The notes under the pieces: generated by a model | Told to the model about the DNA's origin: nothing | Seen by the model: only the letters and a program-made list of their open reading frames with translations | The model's database searches: none | Made by a program: the position numbers and the translations under genes | Shown here: piece by piece, positions 11,214 through 23,559 of the stretch | Numbering within the stretch: the first letter of the stretch is position 1 | Layout of the letters: each line of letters starts with the position of its first letter | NCBI RefSeq assembly: GCF_006345805.1 | Contig: NC_043013.1 | Coordinates: forward strand, 45,446,001-45,510,000 | DNA from: Octopus sinensis | Lineage: Eukaryota | Length of the DNA: 64,000 nt | Direction: 5' to 3'

Positions 11214-11669
11214 CTAAAACAAAATGCATTTTATAATTGTGTTTTTGATTATCTTACGCAGCAGATAAATTAAACAACGTGACAGTGTGACAAGCTTGTA
11301 CATATATAACTCTCGTCTGTTAAGAGATACGTTAAATTGTTAACTATAGATGATTACAAAGGACCAATTATTTTCAAGACGCACATGCGCATGCGTACGA
11401 ATAAGGTTACACATTAATAGTTTTTGTTTTACTTTTATTTAAAAACAAAAGCAACAACTTTATTTTATACTTAAAAATAGAGCATAAACATTCAAAATTT
11501 GTTGTGACATGTCATCCAGACATAACTGTCTTTTGTATCCAAAACATGCTGCTTATTTTGCTTGTCATTTCAAGATACCGTTCCGCTGTAAAAAGATTTT
11601 TGTTGCTTCCAACAATTATGTAAACCAACACGACGTTTCTGAACCAAAAAAAATCACCAGGCATCAGAT

Positions 11670-12061
11670 ATCTTTATATATAAAAGTAAGGTTGTGTGTC
11701 TGTCTCCTACGATTTAGATTCCTAACTACTCCCACATTTTGCGGTGCAGTTTAACCAAAACCGGGTATCTTATAGTCGTGATTCATATCGAGCCCTTCTG
11801 GGTATTAGCGCGCGTCTACGATGAGTCTACGATTTTAAAAAAATTTACCATCAATTTTTCCCATTTTTAATGCATTTTTGGCATATATAAGGGAAGTAAC
11901 TCTCTAAAAATGTATTATTAAATCTCAGAACGTAAAAAGCTACAGTGACCCCCCCTTTGTTGTTAGCCATATTGAAATGGCTATTATACTTTACTTCTCT
12001 AAAAATGCTTATATAGTTATTTCCCTTACAAACCCGAGCAACGCCGGGCGATACTGCTAGT
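11670..12061 (-). mobile_element. Lep1/HINE-like Helitron-type element, full copy
   Basis: Same CTAGCAGTATCGCCCGGCGTTGCTCGGG terminus; near-identical to 15836-16228; no TSD. Confidence 0.75.
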
Positions 12062-12479
12062 AGGTTATAAATATGTTTATGCGTGGCCTCTTATTCCATC
12101 CATCTTATGGCACTATAAAGTAAAGATTGTACCACTTGTCATCACTTGGACTATTTTCGTGTTAAGAGCATTTTTGTTGTTATACGCGCATAATGGAATC
12201 TTTCTCAATGGCTGACGTTCATATTGGTTATTTTCTTTATGTGAAAGCAAATTCTGTACACACAGTAAACTCCGGAGATGGCTGTCGTTCTAAATTTAAG
12301 ATAGCCATATTTGGACAACCAGTAGAGTATTGCGCTACTTTTAAGGACTGCTCACTAAAATGGGTTTTTAAATTTTTTTTTACATTTGTTACTTTAAAGT
12401 TTTAATTTTTAAAGTTTAAAATCCTATTGAAAATCACATTAAATTATCAATTATGTAATTTCTTGTCGACCAACAGGCA

Positions 12480-12975
12480 ATACGGTATTTGATGGCATAT
12501 AAGACGTGCTTCATTTGCAAAACAATGTCTCAAAAAAAAAAAAACCCTGGTCGTATAGGTGAAGTTAAACCTCCCGTAAGCTAAATTTGTCAGGGTAGCA
12601 AGACACTGATCCGACCAAATATTTAGAAGAAAAACGACCATCTTTGGTTTCAAGACGAAAGATATTCTTCCATCAGGATAATGCTCGGCCACATGCAGCG
12701 AGTATGACATTCCAAGGGCTGGAGTAATTTGAATGGGAAACGATACCCTACCCACCATATTCGTCTGACATTGCCCCATCTGATTATCACTTATTGTGCA
12801 GTCTTAAAAATCATTTGGACGGAGAAAATATATTTCTGTAGACGAAGTCAGGACAGTAGCGAACGAGTATTTTTCGTCTGGGACAAGTGAATTTTGGAAG
12901 AGGGGCCGTGCAAGTCTAACAGATAGATGTCAGAGCATTGTAAAAAATGAAGGAGAGTATATTTTAGATTATAGT
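12480..12975 (+). pseudogene. Mariner (DD34D) transposase C-terminal remnant
   Basis: LEEKRPSLVSRRKIFFHQDNARPHAASMTFQGLE*FEWETIPYPPYSSDIAPSDYHLLCSLKNHLDG contains the HQDNARPH and YSPDLAPSDY motifs; internal stop. Confidence 0.9.
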
Positions 12976-13969
12976 AATAATTTTATTGAGAAATATTGAA
13001 GTACTGAAAGGTGCTATATTTTTTAAGTGGGCATCAAATAAGTGATTCCTCGTGCTGGTTAATTCGGTTTTTACAATTTAAACTTACTATACTTTCTAAA
13101 AAATGTAGATTACAAAATTTGCTATCTGATTTGTAGGAAATAACATTTCTAATAATAATCCAAGATAGTGTATAATATATTTTTATTTTTTAAATTCCAA
13201 ATAAGAGTGGGCAAGGATGTATTGCTAGAATTTCTTTTATATTTGAAAGAAGTTATGTGGTTATAATACCTTAAATTTCGTAGATATGGCGTCTTTATAT
13301 TGGTATGTTTTGTGTTGAGTATGGACAGAACATCTATAAATTACGTTTTCCAGAAAACATTTATTATTCAAAGGAAAAAACGTTTTTATTCGACAGTTAC
13401 ATAATTTAATTGAACTTGGTCTTATGATATTGTTGTTGAGATTATTGTAATATGATCTGATTTCAATATTATTATTATTATTATTATTACTGAGTGAGAG
13501 AGCAACACATGCTGTCTAAGTGACACTTGGGGTAGAAAGGTATGAAGCTCAATACATCCATCATGACTACTCGTCTGATAAGAGTACACCAGGAACGTGC
13601 ATCACAACGATATGTGCGCGACATGGTGATCTCATATCACGATAATCAACGCATGACCTTGCAGGTGGAGTCCAGTTAGAATTTTCTTCAGGTCGAGTAG
13701 CCCATCCTTCTCAAATCCTTGTCCTTGAACAAGGTTTCATTAAAGATGATGAATGAAACACCCATGTTTCCAGAGGTGAATTATTCAAACTCCACAAAAT
13801 TCCTCTTAACACAAGGTCTATGATGCTCCCCCATTACTTTTGCTCGTGATCAAAAATGCACATATCGTTAGCCACTAAAACACCAAGACAAAACAATGTA
13901 CATGACAACACTTCCAATTGGTTAAGATGAGAAGCCATGAGAGCCACTGCCTGAAACTGCATCAGGGTA

Positions 13970-14084
13970 TTCATTATTATTATTATTATTATTATTATCA
14001 TTATTATTATCATTACTGCAGTAGTAGTAACAGCAGCTGTAGCAACAGTAGCAACAAAGCAGCAGTAGCAGCAGCAGCAGCAGT

Positions 14085-14143
<59 letters not shown>

Positions 14144-14160
14144 CAGCAGCAGCAGCAGCT
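13970..14160 (+). repeat. Compound (TAT)n-(AGC)n-(AGT)n microsatellite
   Basis: Direct reading; explains ORF 13918. Confidence 0.95.
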
Positions 14161-15164
14161 ATATTCTTATTATCGTTATAATTCTCGTCATAGTTATATG
14201 GTTAATGTGATATAACCACCGCTATTACTATTATCTGTAGTAATAGCAGATGTAGTATTAGTATTAATGGAAGTATTAGTTATAGTAGAAGTATTATTAT
14301 TAGTTATAATAGTACTATTGTTAGGATTACAAATTGTATTGATATTATTACCATTATTATTGTTACCTCCGGGATAAAAATGATTATATATATTATTAAG
14401 TTTTTGATAATTTAAGGAAGACAGAATGTCAATTATTTTAGGTATTGCAGAATAAGAGAATTTTATAGTGTTTATTGAAAATTTTGTGGTATTTATTACT
14501 GGGCGGTGTTTTTCTAAAAGCTGAAAGACAGAAGAAGGTATTTTAGTAAATACACGACTACTAAATGGAGCATTATACTATACGACTTTTCTGTGAAATG
14601 ATGTATTAGATTTCTAACATTCATTATCTTTATTAACTGCATATTTATTAGTAAGGTTATTATAATCATTATTAGTACCATTAGAGTTGTATTTATCATT
14701 ATTAAATCTATTATTGCAGTACTTATTATCATGTGCTTTATGAAATTGCTCATAATTATTTTGTTTATTTATAAATTCATAAATTTTACGATATTCAGTG
14801 TTAATGGAATCATTAAAAAAATTATCAATTAGCTTATCATTTGTAGTACCTAATTATTGTTTATCGTTTGCATTATTGATATACTCTATTGTAACTTTAT
14901 ACTCGGGTCTAGAAAGAACTGAAGTATAGTAGCTAGTATGACAGGAAAAATATCTTTGTTCGTTGAAATTTTAGAAATACGATGTGAAATGTCATTTATA
15001 ATTGAATTTATTATTGCACGTGGATGATTTGATATTTAGTATATGTATTGTTAATACAACCATGAGTCTCTTTCTCGCCCTTCTCTCTCTCCCCTCTCTC
15101 TCCCTCCTATCTCTCTCTGTATATGTGTGTGTATGCGTATGCACATGTGTATGTGTGCATATAT

Positions 15165-15305
15165 ATATTCATTTGTTTCTGTCATTTGACTGCAACCGTG
15201 CTGGAGCACCTCCTTTAGTCGAACAAATTGACTCCAGGACTTATTCATTGTAAGCCTTGTACTTACTCTATCGGTCTTTTTCCGAACCGCTAAGTTACGG
15301 GGCGT
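15165..15305 (-). mobile_element. SINE family B, 3' part
   Basis: TTTCTGTCATTTGACTGCAACCGTGCTGGAGCACC..CCGAACCGCTAAGTTACGGGG. Confidence 0.8.
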
Positions 15306-15344
15306 AAACAGACGCGCGCTCACGCGCACACACACACACAAACA

Positions 15345-15562
15345 CATATGCATGTGTCTTGGTTTCTGTTTGTCCCCACCACCGCTTGAAAATCAGTGTC
15401 GGTGTATTTACGTTTCCGTAACCTAGCAGTTGGGCAAAAGAACCGGTATAATAAGTACCAGGTTTCAAAATAAGTGCTGAGATCAATTAGTTCGACTGAA
15501 AAAATTTTTGAAGGCGGTGTTCCAGCATAGCCACAATCTAATGACTGAAACAGATAAAAAGA
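15345..15562 (+). mobile_element. SINE family B, 3' part
   Basis: CACCGCTTGAAAATCAGTGTCGGTGT..GGCGGTGTTCCAGCATAGCCACAATCTAATGACTGAAAC; inverted relative to the copy at 15165. Confidence 0.75.
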
Positions 15563-15786
15563 ATATATATATATATGTTATATTTCGGAATGGTCATTTT
15601 GCCAGTTTAGCCAATAAAAACACACGCACTATATATTTGGTGTTATTTTGCTTCATTGTTATTTATTTTTTACATTAATCTTAATCTTATTTCGGCTAGA
15701 GTTTTTTCGTCACACTCCTGTGACCGCATCAGTGGTCCTTTGTTTTCTTCTTTCTTATTTGTGTCTCTCCTTACTAACCGTCAGCC

Positions 15787-15835
<49 letters not shown>

Positions 15836-15837
<2 letters not shown>

Positions 15838-16228
15838 AGCGGTATCGCCCGGCGTTGCTCGGGTTTGTAAGGGAAATAATTATATAAGCATTTTTAGAGA
15901 TGTAAAGTATAATAGCCATCTCAATATGGCTAACCACAAAGGGGGAGGGGTGTTACTGTAGCTTTTTACGTTCTGAGATTTAATAATAAATTTTAGAGTT
16001 ACTTCCCTTATATATGTCAAAAATGGATTAAAAATGGGAAAAATTGATGGTAATTTTTTTTTTAATCGTAGACTCATCGTAGACGCGCGCTAATACCCAG
16101 ACGGGCTCGATATGAATCACGACTATAAGATACCCGGTTTTGGTTAAACTGCACCGCAAAATGTGGGAGTAGTTAGGAATCTAAATCGTAGGAGACAGAC
16201 ACACAACCTCACTTTTATATATAAAGAT
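15836..16228 (+). mobile_element. Lep1/HINE-like Helitron-type element, full copy
   Basis: CTAGCGGTATCGCCCGGCGTTGCTCGGG..CACTTTTATATATAAAGAT, adjoining (TA)n. Confidence 0.75.
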
Positions 16229-16290
16229 TTCCTCTATTTACATAATATTGAGGTCTCTTTCTTTCTTTTGTTATCTTACTGTTTTTACCA

Positions 16291-16360
<70 letters not shown>

Positions 16361-16386
16361 TATATATATATAGAATATATATATAG

Positions 16387-16714
16387 TTACAGAGATGTAC
16401 TTGCATAGCAAGTGACTTGATCTGAGATCGTGTGCTGGAACGAAAACAGTTGCAGCGTTGAAGGTGTTTATAAGCCATTTAAGAAACACACAAAAACCGT
16501 TAGATTCACTTCAACATTCAAATTTAATTTATTTGTCAAAATATTTTCGTCGCTTTGAGACCGCGACCTGTTAGCACGATATTTTTGTCAGCGAACAGGT
16601 CGCTGTCTCAAAGCGACGAAAATATTTTTGGCAAATTAAATTTAAATGTTGAAGTGAATGTAACGGTTTTTGTGTGTTTCTTAAATGGCTTAGAAACACC
16701 TTCCAGGCTGCAAT
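16387..16714. mobile_element. Asymmetric snap-back element, copy 2
   Basis: Same leader TTACAGAGATGTACTTGCATAGCAAGT; arms fold around 16570-16595; AATATATATATA on both flanks. Confidence 0.85.
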
Positions 16715-16789
16715 ATATATATACACACATATATATATGTATGTATGTATGTATGTGTATATGTGTATGCATGTATGTGTGTGTGTGTG

Positions 16790-17010
16790 CGTGTCTGTGC
16801 TTGTGATTGTCCTCCACCACTGCTTGACAACGAATGTTGGTTTGTTTACATCCCTGTCACCTAGTGGTTTGACAAAGGAAACAGATAGAATAAGTACAAT
16901 GCTTACAAAAATAAAACTGGAGTTGATTCATTAAACTACAATTCTTCAAGGCATTGCCCCAGCATGGCCACAGACCAATGGCTGGAAAAAGCAGAAGAAT
17001 AAAAGAATAC
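16790..17010 (+). mobile_element. SINE family B, 3' part, degenerate
   Basis: CCACCACTGCTTGACAACGAATGTTGG..GCATTGCCCCAGCATGGCCACAG. Confidence 0.65.
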
Positions 17011-17074
17011 ATTCTCTGCTTTGGTCTTATGTTCAAGGCATGAGAAAGCTTGAGTTTACATGAGAAGGCCTAAC

Positions 17075-17555
17075 AGACCTGGTAGAAACAGCAGCCAAAT
17101 CTCCCTCAAATCACACCTTACTGTCTTATGTATGTATATATATATGAGCCAATGAGGGGGACCTCTACATGGTAGCTAGACCTGGTAGAAATAGCAGCAA
17201 AATTTCCCCCAAATCACACCTTACTGTCTTATCTATGTATATATGTATGTATGAGCCTATGAGGGAGACCCCTACATGGCAGCTAGACCTGGTAGAAATA
17301 GCAGTCAAATCTCCCCCAAATCACACCTTACTGTCTTATCTATGTATATATGTATGTATGAGCCTATGAGGGAGACCCCTACATGGCAGCTAGACCTGGT
17401 AGAAATAGCAGCCAAATTTCCCCCAAATCACACCTTACTGTCTTATCTATGTATATATGTATGTATGAGCCTATGAGGGAGACCCCTACATGGCAGCTAG
17501 ACATGGTAGAAATAGCAGCCAAATCTCCCTCAAATCACACCTTACTGTCTTATCT
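17075..17555 (+). repeat. 107-bp tandem array (~4.5 copies) built on a retroposon 3'-tail motif
   Basis: ORF starts at 17169/17276/17383/17490 give period 107; core GGTAGAAATAGCAGCCAAATCTCCCTCAAATCACACC; degenerate single copies near 20815, 26340 and 60895. Confidence 0.9.
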
Positions 17556-18412
17556 TTCTGCTACTTGGATATAGGTCTTATATTCGTCGTAAAAACTTTC
17601 CTGTCACACACTCACGCACACGCACACACACACACACACACGCACCCTCACACACACACACGCGCGCACACCCACACACACCCACTCACACACACGCACG
17701 TTAGCTTACAATTTTATTTATATATTTGCGTGTCTATGTGTTGAAAGAGGAAGTGGGAGGCAGAGTGAAAGAATCACTCACTACAGTAAGTCAATTACTT
17801 TCATTTTATTCGTTGCCCACTGTGTGTGTGCGTTTGCGTGTGCTGTAAACCAGACTAAGAAAAGCATTTGACACACACACCAGAATGTGAGTTTTCTGTA
17901 AATTTTGCTTAATTGGAGTTTAAAATTTAAAAACTGGACCTGGCATGACGCGATGCATTGTATTCTCAAAAATGCTAGGTAAATTGTAATTGAAGAAATC
18001 CTATATTGTAGATTTGTATAACTCCCAAAGGGAGGCAGATAAAATCTGCCTTTTATAATAAGAGATATAATAAGTAAAGGGTAAAAATTGATATTAATCA
18101 ATTAAAACCAGTGGCCTAGCATATTTTTAAAAAATTGAAAGATTAAAAATTTTTTTACATACAAAATTTAGAGGACTGACCACTAAAAGTGGACAACCTT
18201 TATGCTAGATATAGACATCAAAATCGCCATTTTCCACGAAGAATGTGTTCTCAAGAAAAAATTCAGCAAAAAACCAAAGTGTAAAAATAAACAAGACCAA
18301 TGAAAAAATACGAAATAAAAAACGATTACCTATGTACTAATTAGTTTCACTTGTTAATACTTACGTAAACATCTGCAAGATCATCCATATACAAAATTTG
18401 AAACCAGTCATA

Positions 18413-18631
18413 GGGTAGCGAGCTGGCAGAATCTTAGCTCTTGGAGCAAAATGCTTTGCAGTATTTCGTCCGTCTTCACGTTCTGAATTCAAATTCTGCC
18501 GAGGTCGGGTTTGCCTTTCATCTTCTCGGAGTGGATAAAATAAATACCAGTTCAACACTGGGGTCAATATAATCAACTTAACCCCTCTCCAGAACTTGCT
18601 GGCCTTGCGCCAAAAATTTGAAATCAATATT
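18413..18631 (+). mobile_element. SINE family A
   Basis: GGGTAGCGAGCTGGCAGAATC..TTCATCTTCTCGGAGTGGATAAA..AAATTTGAAATCAATATT. Confidence 0.8.
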
Positions 18632-18641
18632 ATAATGAAAA

Positions 18642-18854
18642 TGACGCCGAGCTTGGCAGATTCGTCAGCAAGTTGGACAAAAATAGCATTTCTTTCGGCT
18701 CTTTACGTTCTGAGTTCGAATCATGCTAAGGTCGGCTTTTCTTTCATCATTTCGGGGTCGATAAGATAAAGTTCCAATCAAGTACTGAGATGGATGTAAT
18801 ACAAATAGCCCTCTCCTCACAAAATTGTCTGTAGTAGAAAAGGTTATAATTATT
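18642..18854 (+). mobile_element. SINE family A, directly after the previous copy
   Basis: GCCGAGCTTGGCAGATTCG..CATTTCGGGGTCGATAAGATAAAG. Confidence 0.7.
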
Positions 18855-19228
18855 ACTAGCACTATGACCCGGTAACGCCGGGTCATAGTGCTAGTGCATG
18901 CATATACAACTGCGTGCGTGCGCACATACACGCGAGTACTGCCCAAATCTCCGACCAATCACATACAGCTAGCTGGCATTCAATTGGCGTATCAAGTTTC
19001 GGGCATTTTAATTGGGTTTTTGGATAGAAAATTCGCAAAAAAGTCACTTTTATTGATTTTTTAATAGCTTTGCGGGGTGACTGGGGAAATGTAAAGATGT
19101 GCACGACCACCCTTGGACGGTTTTGAATGACCATAGAAAGTGCAAGCCCTCTAACTGAAAAATTGTGGATTTGTATAAAGGACACGCACACACACACAGA
19201 ACATTTTGCCGTTTATATATATAGAGAT
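18855..19228 (+). mobile_element. Hairpin-ended Helitron/HINE-like element, copy 1
   Basis: Begins with a perfect 18-bp stem ACTAGCACTATGACCCGG-TAACG-CCGGGTCATAGTGCTAGT; ends TATATATAGAGAT; homologue at 57935. Confidence 0.7.
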
Positions 19229-20034
19229 TATGAAGCGAATTTAACAGGACTTGAAACCGCTTCCTTGGCTTTTCTATAAAAATTGTTTAGAATTAAAATC
19301 CAAATTAATGAGAAATCGTCATCAGGAAGCGGGTTCAAGTCCTGTTAAATTCGCTTCAGGCCTAAATGTACTCGAACGTTCGGTTATATTAAACTTAGAA
19401 ACATACTTTACCGCAAGACTGATTATATTTATATACACATAATAAGATTGATTCATAAACAGTGTGATGTAATGTCTAATTTTTTTTTTACATCTTGATC
19501 ACTATTTCATTTGTTCGTGAATGAATGACATTTGTTGACCGTATGTATTCGATTGTATTAAATTTATTGCCACAGGTGAGGGACATCTAATTATAAAACG
19601 CTGGATTAAAGGAAAACTGTGGAATATTCCATCTGTTCTTTTTTCTAAAGATCCTGAAATGGAATGAAAACTCAACTGTTTCTTTATTTCCAGTTCCGAG
19701 AAGAGATTTAAAAAACAATCTGTTTCATATCATTTCATAAGATTCGTTGGTAACTATATATATTAAAGCAGAGTAACTTCATAACTGATTAAGGATGAGG
19801 AATGCCTTTCAATTAATCTCGATATTATCAGTTTTAATGCCGGAAATATAACATATACAACAGGATGCGATAATTTTTTTTTTAATCTGCATACCAACCT
19901 ATTTTAAATAAAGCCTACTAGTTTTTGAGTATTTCTAATAAATAAAAATGAGTAAAAATAAAAATGTAATGATTCATCAAATACACGTCTATTTGTTGAA
20001 TGTAGTTAATAATTCTTTCTGCTACGGATAGCCA

Positions 20035-20203
20035 CAAGGCCAAAAATTTGGTGGGGAACGGCATAAAATCACAACCAGTACTCAGTTGGTATTATTTTAT
20101 TGATCCCGAAAGAATGAAAGACAAAGACCATTCAGAACGTAAAGACGAAAATAATGCGACTAAATACCGGCGTGCTTAACGGTTCTGCCAGTTCACTGCC
20201 TTG
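20035..20203 (-). mobile_element. SINE family A, degenerate
   Basis: GTTGGTATTATTTTATTGATCCCGAAAGAATGAAAGACAAAG..GGTTCTGCCAGTTCACTGCC. Confidence 0.65.
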
Positions 20204-20351
20204 AATGCATTTGGTAGAAATGATATTAAGATAAATATTTCAAGTATTTAATGCCGATAAATAGATCGCAGACCCGAATTAGTTACCTTCATTTATATTT
20301 AAGTCATCAGGCCATATTTATTAGCCATGCAGTTGGTTCATATGCATTCAG

Positions 20352-20690
20352 CGGAGGTACAATGGCCCAATGGTTAGGGCAGCCGACTCGCGGTTTCGAT
20401 TCCCAGACTGGGCGTTGTGTGTGTTTATTGAGCGAAAACACCTAACGCTCCACGAGGCTCCGGCTGTACTCTTTCGCTCCAACTTTCTCTCACTCTTTCT
20501 TCCTGTTTCTTGTCCCCGACTTCCCTACACAACCGCTGAGCCTGGATGCGCATTCATCCATCTGTCGATGCTCTCCGTGTCGGGGGTTGACCTGCTTTCT
20601 CTTCTGCGGGTCTTACGAATAGCAAAGGACCACGTTTCGGACTTCTCCCACTGGACGAAGACCGCTACGCTCAACAGCAACAACAGCAGC
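20352..20690 (+). mobile_element. SINE family C
   Basis: tRNA-like head GGAGGTACAATGGCCCAATGGTTAGGGCAGC..GGTTTCGATTCCC (A/B boxes); (CAA/CAG)n tail; homologues at 26527 and 31826. Confidence 0.85.
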
Positions 20691-21025
20691 AGTATGCATT
20701 CAGCTGCTTTATCAGAAAAGTCATGCTTTCAATTTCTTGACTACAGAGGCTGGTAACTTAAGGTTCTTCCGATGTGTCGAGCTAACGAGATGGCAAATGC
20801 ATGACACTTGACCTAATAGAAATAGTAGATAAATATTCCCTCGAAAACCTTAATACAAATAAAGGATACATTTGATAATGCCGTCAGTCCTTCATAACCC
20901 TACGGGAAACTAATAGGTCATTACTATAATGCCTTTGATTACAGTAAGCCTATTTGATTAACTTGGGACCAAACAACTTTTGTTGGGCATCTTCTCATAT
21001 TAAGTTAATATATTCACAATATATA

Positions 21026-21256
21026 TATTTCTTTACTACCCACAAGGGGCTAAACACAGAGGGGACAAACAAGGACAGACAAAAGGATTAAGTTGATTAC
21101 ATCGACCCCAGTGCATAACTGGTACTTAATTTATCGACCCCGAAAGGATGAAAGGCAAAGTCGACCTCGGCGGAATTTGAACTCAGAACGTAACGGCAGA
21201 CGAAATGCCGCAAAGCATTTCGTCCAGCGTGCTAACGTTTCTGCCAGCTCGCTACC
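21026..21256 (-). mobile_element. SINE family A, full length
   Basis: Reverse complement of the 4917-5147 type, including the AGCCCCTTGTGGGTAGTAAAGAAATA tail. Confidence 0.9.
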
Positions 21257-22769
21257 TTACGATATATATATTGCAGTTACTCTCTTGATAAATCTTGGCG
21301 ATCCTGACCGTTGATCTTCTAGGATTCCTCCGCATAGTAACCATGTAAGCAGCACCGTTGGCTATTCTGCTACCTGTTTCACAATCCACTACGCTGCAGT
21401 CTCATGACTTCTTCGTATCCCTGGCAGGGTGGCTGAACGGGTGCTATGCCTTGCCAAACGGCAACCCGTAACTATGCATTGTTTCGTTCTTGATGGGATG
21501 ATAGACAACTCAATGAAGGCATTGTTATTGTTTTACGTGTTTATTTATTTTACCTGTTTTACGAAATGTCGATATGCGGCGGAGTGATACAAACGTGCGG
21601 CTCCGCCTTAGACGTAGTTCATACTGTTTACTAACAAAATAGTGCTAAAAGTGGGTATGTGTTCTACACACGTATACCTACGTATACACATAGATATGAA
21701 TGTCTAACACCCGTAACTATGCTGGGCAAGGTCGTCTCTCTCTCTCCCACCTAAATAACTTGTTAAAGCAAAATTTCTAAATTAAAAAAATGCAGCATTT
21801 TTGATTAGTAATAATTTAAAACAAAAAGATTTCGCGGCTTCTATAATTTCTGAGATATCTAAACTATCAAATAAAGAAATTTAATTTAAATTGTAGAAAG
21901 TTGTACCTATTTTAGCGGGGTGGGGTGGTGGTTCTTGTTGAATGAAGAACTAGTAGTGGCGATGCACACCATATATGATAATCAATTATATGTGTATTAA
22001 ATCCACTGCTATATGCACAGTAGTATCATTTCTCTTCTCTTATTATATTTTCTTTATTTTGCTGGCTTTAACATATAAGTCAGAAAATAACCACAGCAAT
22101 ATAAGTCTAATACTCAGTGTTACCAAACTCCTTCCACTTCCCCATCTCTCTCTAATGACATTTAGCAAGCATTTTTTTCTGATATTCCGACCATTTTTTT
22201 ATCTTTCAAATATTTTCATAACTTGCAGGCTTCCGACAATCGTTGTTCGATAACATCTGTTCCTATTCAATACACAATCCTTTTGGTTCGTATTTACACT
22301 GACTTCATAAAACTGATAACGATATTCTCATACATCTGTTTTCTCACTATCGTTTCCATAATTCTGTTATCTTGCTTCCATTGACAGAGTATTCCTGCGT
22401 TGGTGGAAGAAAAAGAAAGAAAAAAAAAGGGCGAAAGAACCATTAAAATTTATTTCTCGGTAACTCATACTTTTTTTTTTATCTTTTGCTTACCAGGATA
22501 GCTGACGATGTATTTTAAAGGAGTGGTAATTATTTATCTTATAATTCCGGTTTTGCCAACACCTAAAAAGTCCAGTTGTACAACGCCATTGTTGTACTAC
22601 GGCAAATAGCATCAACTACACTGCAGAGAATTGTTTGGTGACATTATCCGAGAGTAATATAAATTCTTCGGTAAAAGAAGACAACAAAGACAATATACAA
22701 CCGATTATTGATTTTTTTTTTAAACGTAGAGACAAGGTCCTTTGGTGTAATAAGAAAACATAATCGATT

Positions 22770-22915
22770 GATTCATTACATTATTGGTACTTGTTTTATC
22801 GAATCTTTGAGATGAAAAGCAAATTCTATCCAAGCGGGGTTTCAAATCCAAAAAGTGATGTTCTGAATGATATATTATCAAAAAAACCTAAGTTCACCTT
22901 TCCACCGCTGCACTA
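22770..22915 (-). mobile_element. SINE family A, highly degenerate
   Basis: ATTGGTACTTGTTTTATCGAATCTTTGAGATGAAAAGCAAA resembles the core. Confidence 0.4.
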
Positions 22916-23559
22916 ATTCTACAGGTCTTTTTCTATACTATAATCACATTTATTTCTCATAAAGATTTCCCCGCTGAAACTGGAAATAATTCTACTAAAT
23001 TACTTAAAGAACTATTTGCAGTTTCCTGGTTTCCAAGCCACAGAAACTCTATTGATCATATCTTAATCTATCATATAAACCAATGAATAAAATAAACCTT
23101 AATCAGCAGGAATCGAAAATGCACTCATGACCTTTCTAAATTTTATTATTTTAAATTTTTTACATGACTTAGAGAAAGAAGGGCAATGCACGTGACTATT
23201 TTGAGGGAGTCCAAAATTAGTAGGAAGTAGGAATGATATTATCCGAAGACCGAAGACCGAAAACCTGCGCCTGGCCTTTGGGTATCTTTGACATGTTCCA
23301 TTCTACCAAATGTGCGCAAAGGTCAGGTTAACAGATTTAGTTTACTATTCTATAGCAGTTCGTTTAATTTCCGCCATTCAAATTCCACCCACGAGAGGTA
23401 TAGCAGAAGATACTTGCCCAATGTACTAAACAATGGGATTGAACCCAAATCCACGCAGTTACCTTGTAGTAACTAACACATAATGAAACCTTGAATTCAC
23501 TGCCGCAAATCGTAGTTCTCAGTTCGACTTTGGCCTTGAGTTGCCCAATAACGTTCTAA

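Noticed and set aside
13490-13910. Apparent interspersed repeat recalled from octopus DNA (similar cases 21300-21520, 45900-46010)
   Set aside because: Single copy in the window with no diagnostic ends or ORF; cannot be supported without a library search.
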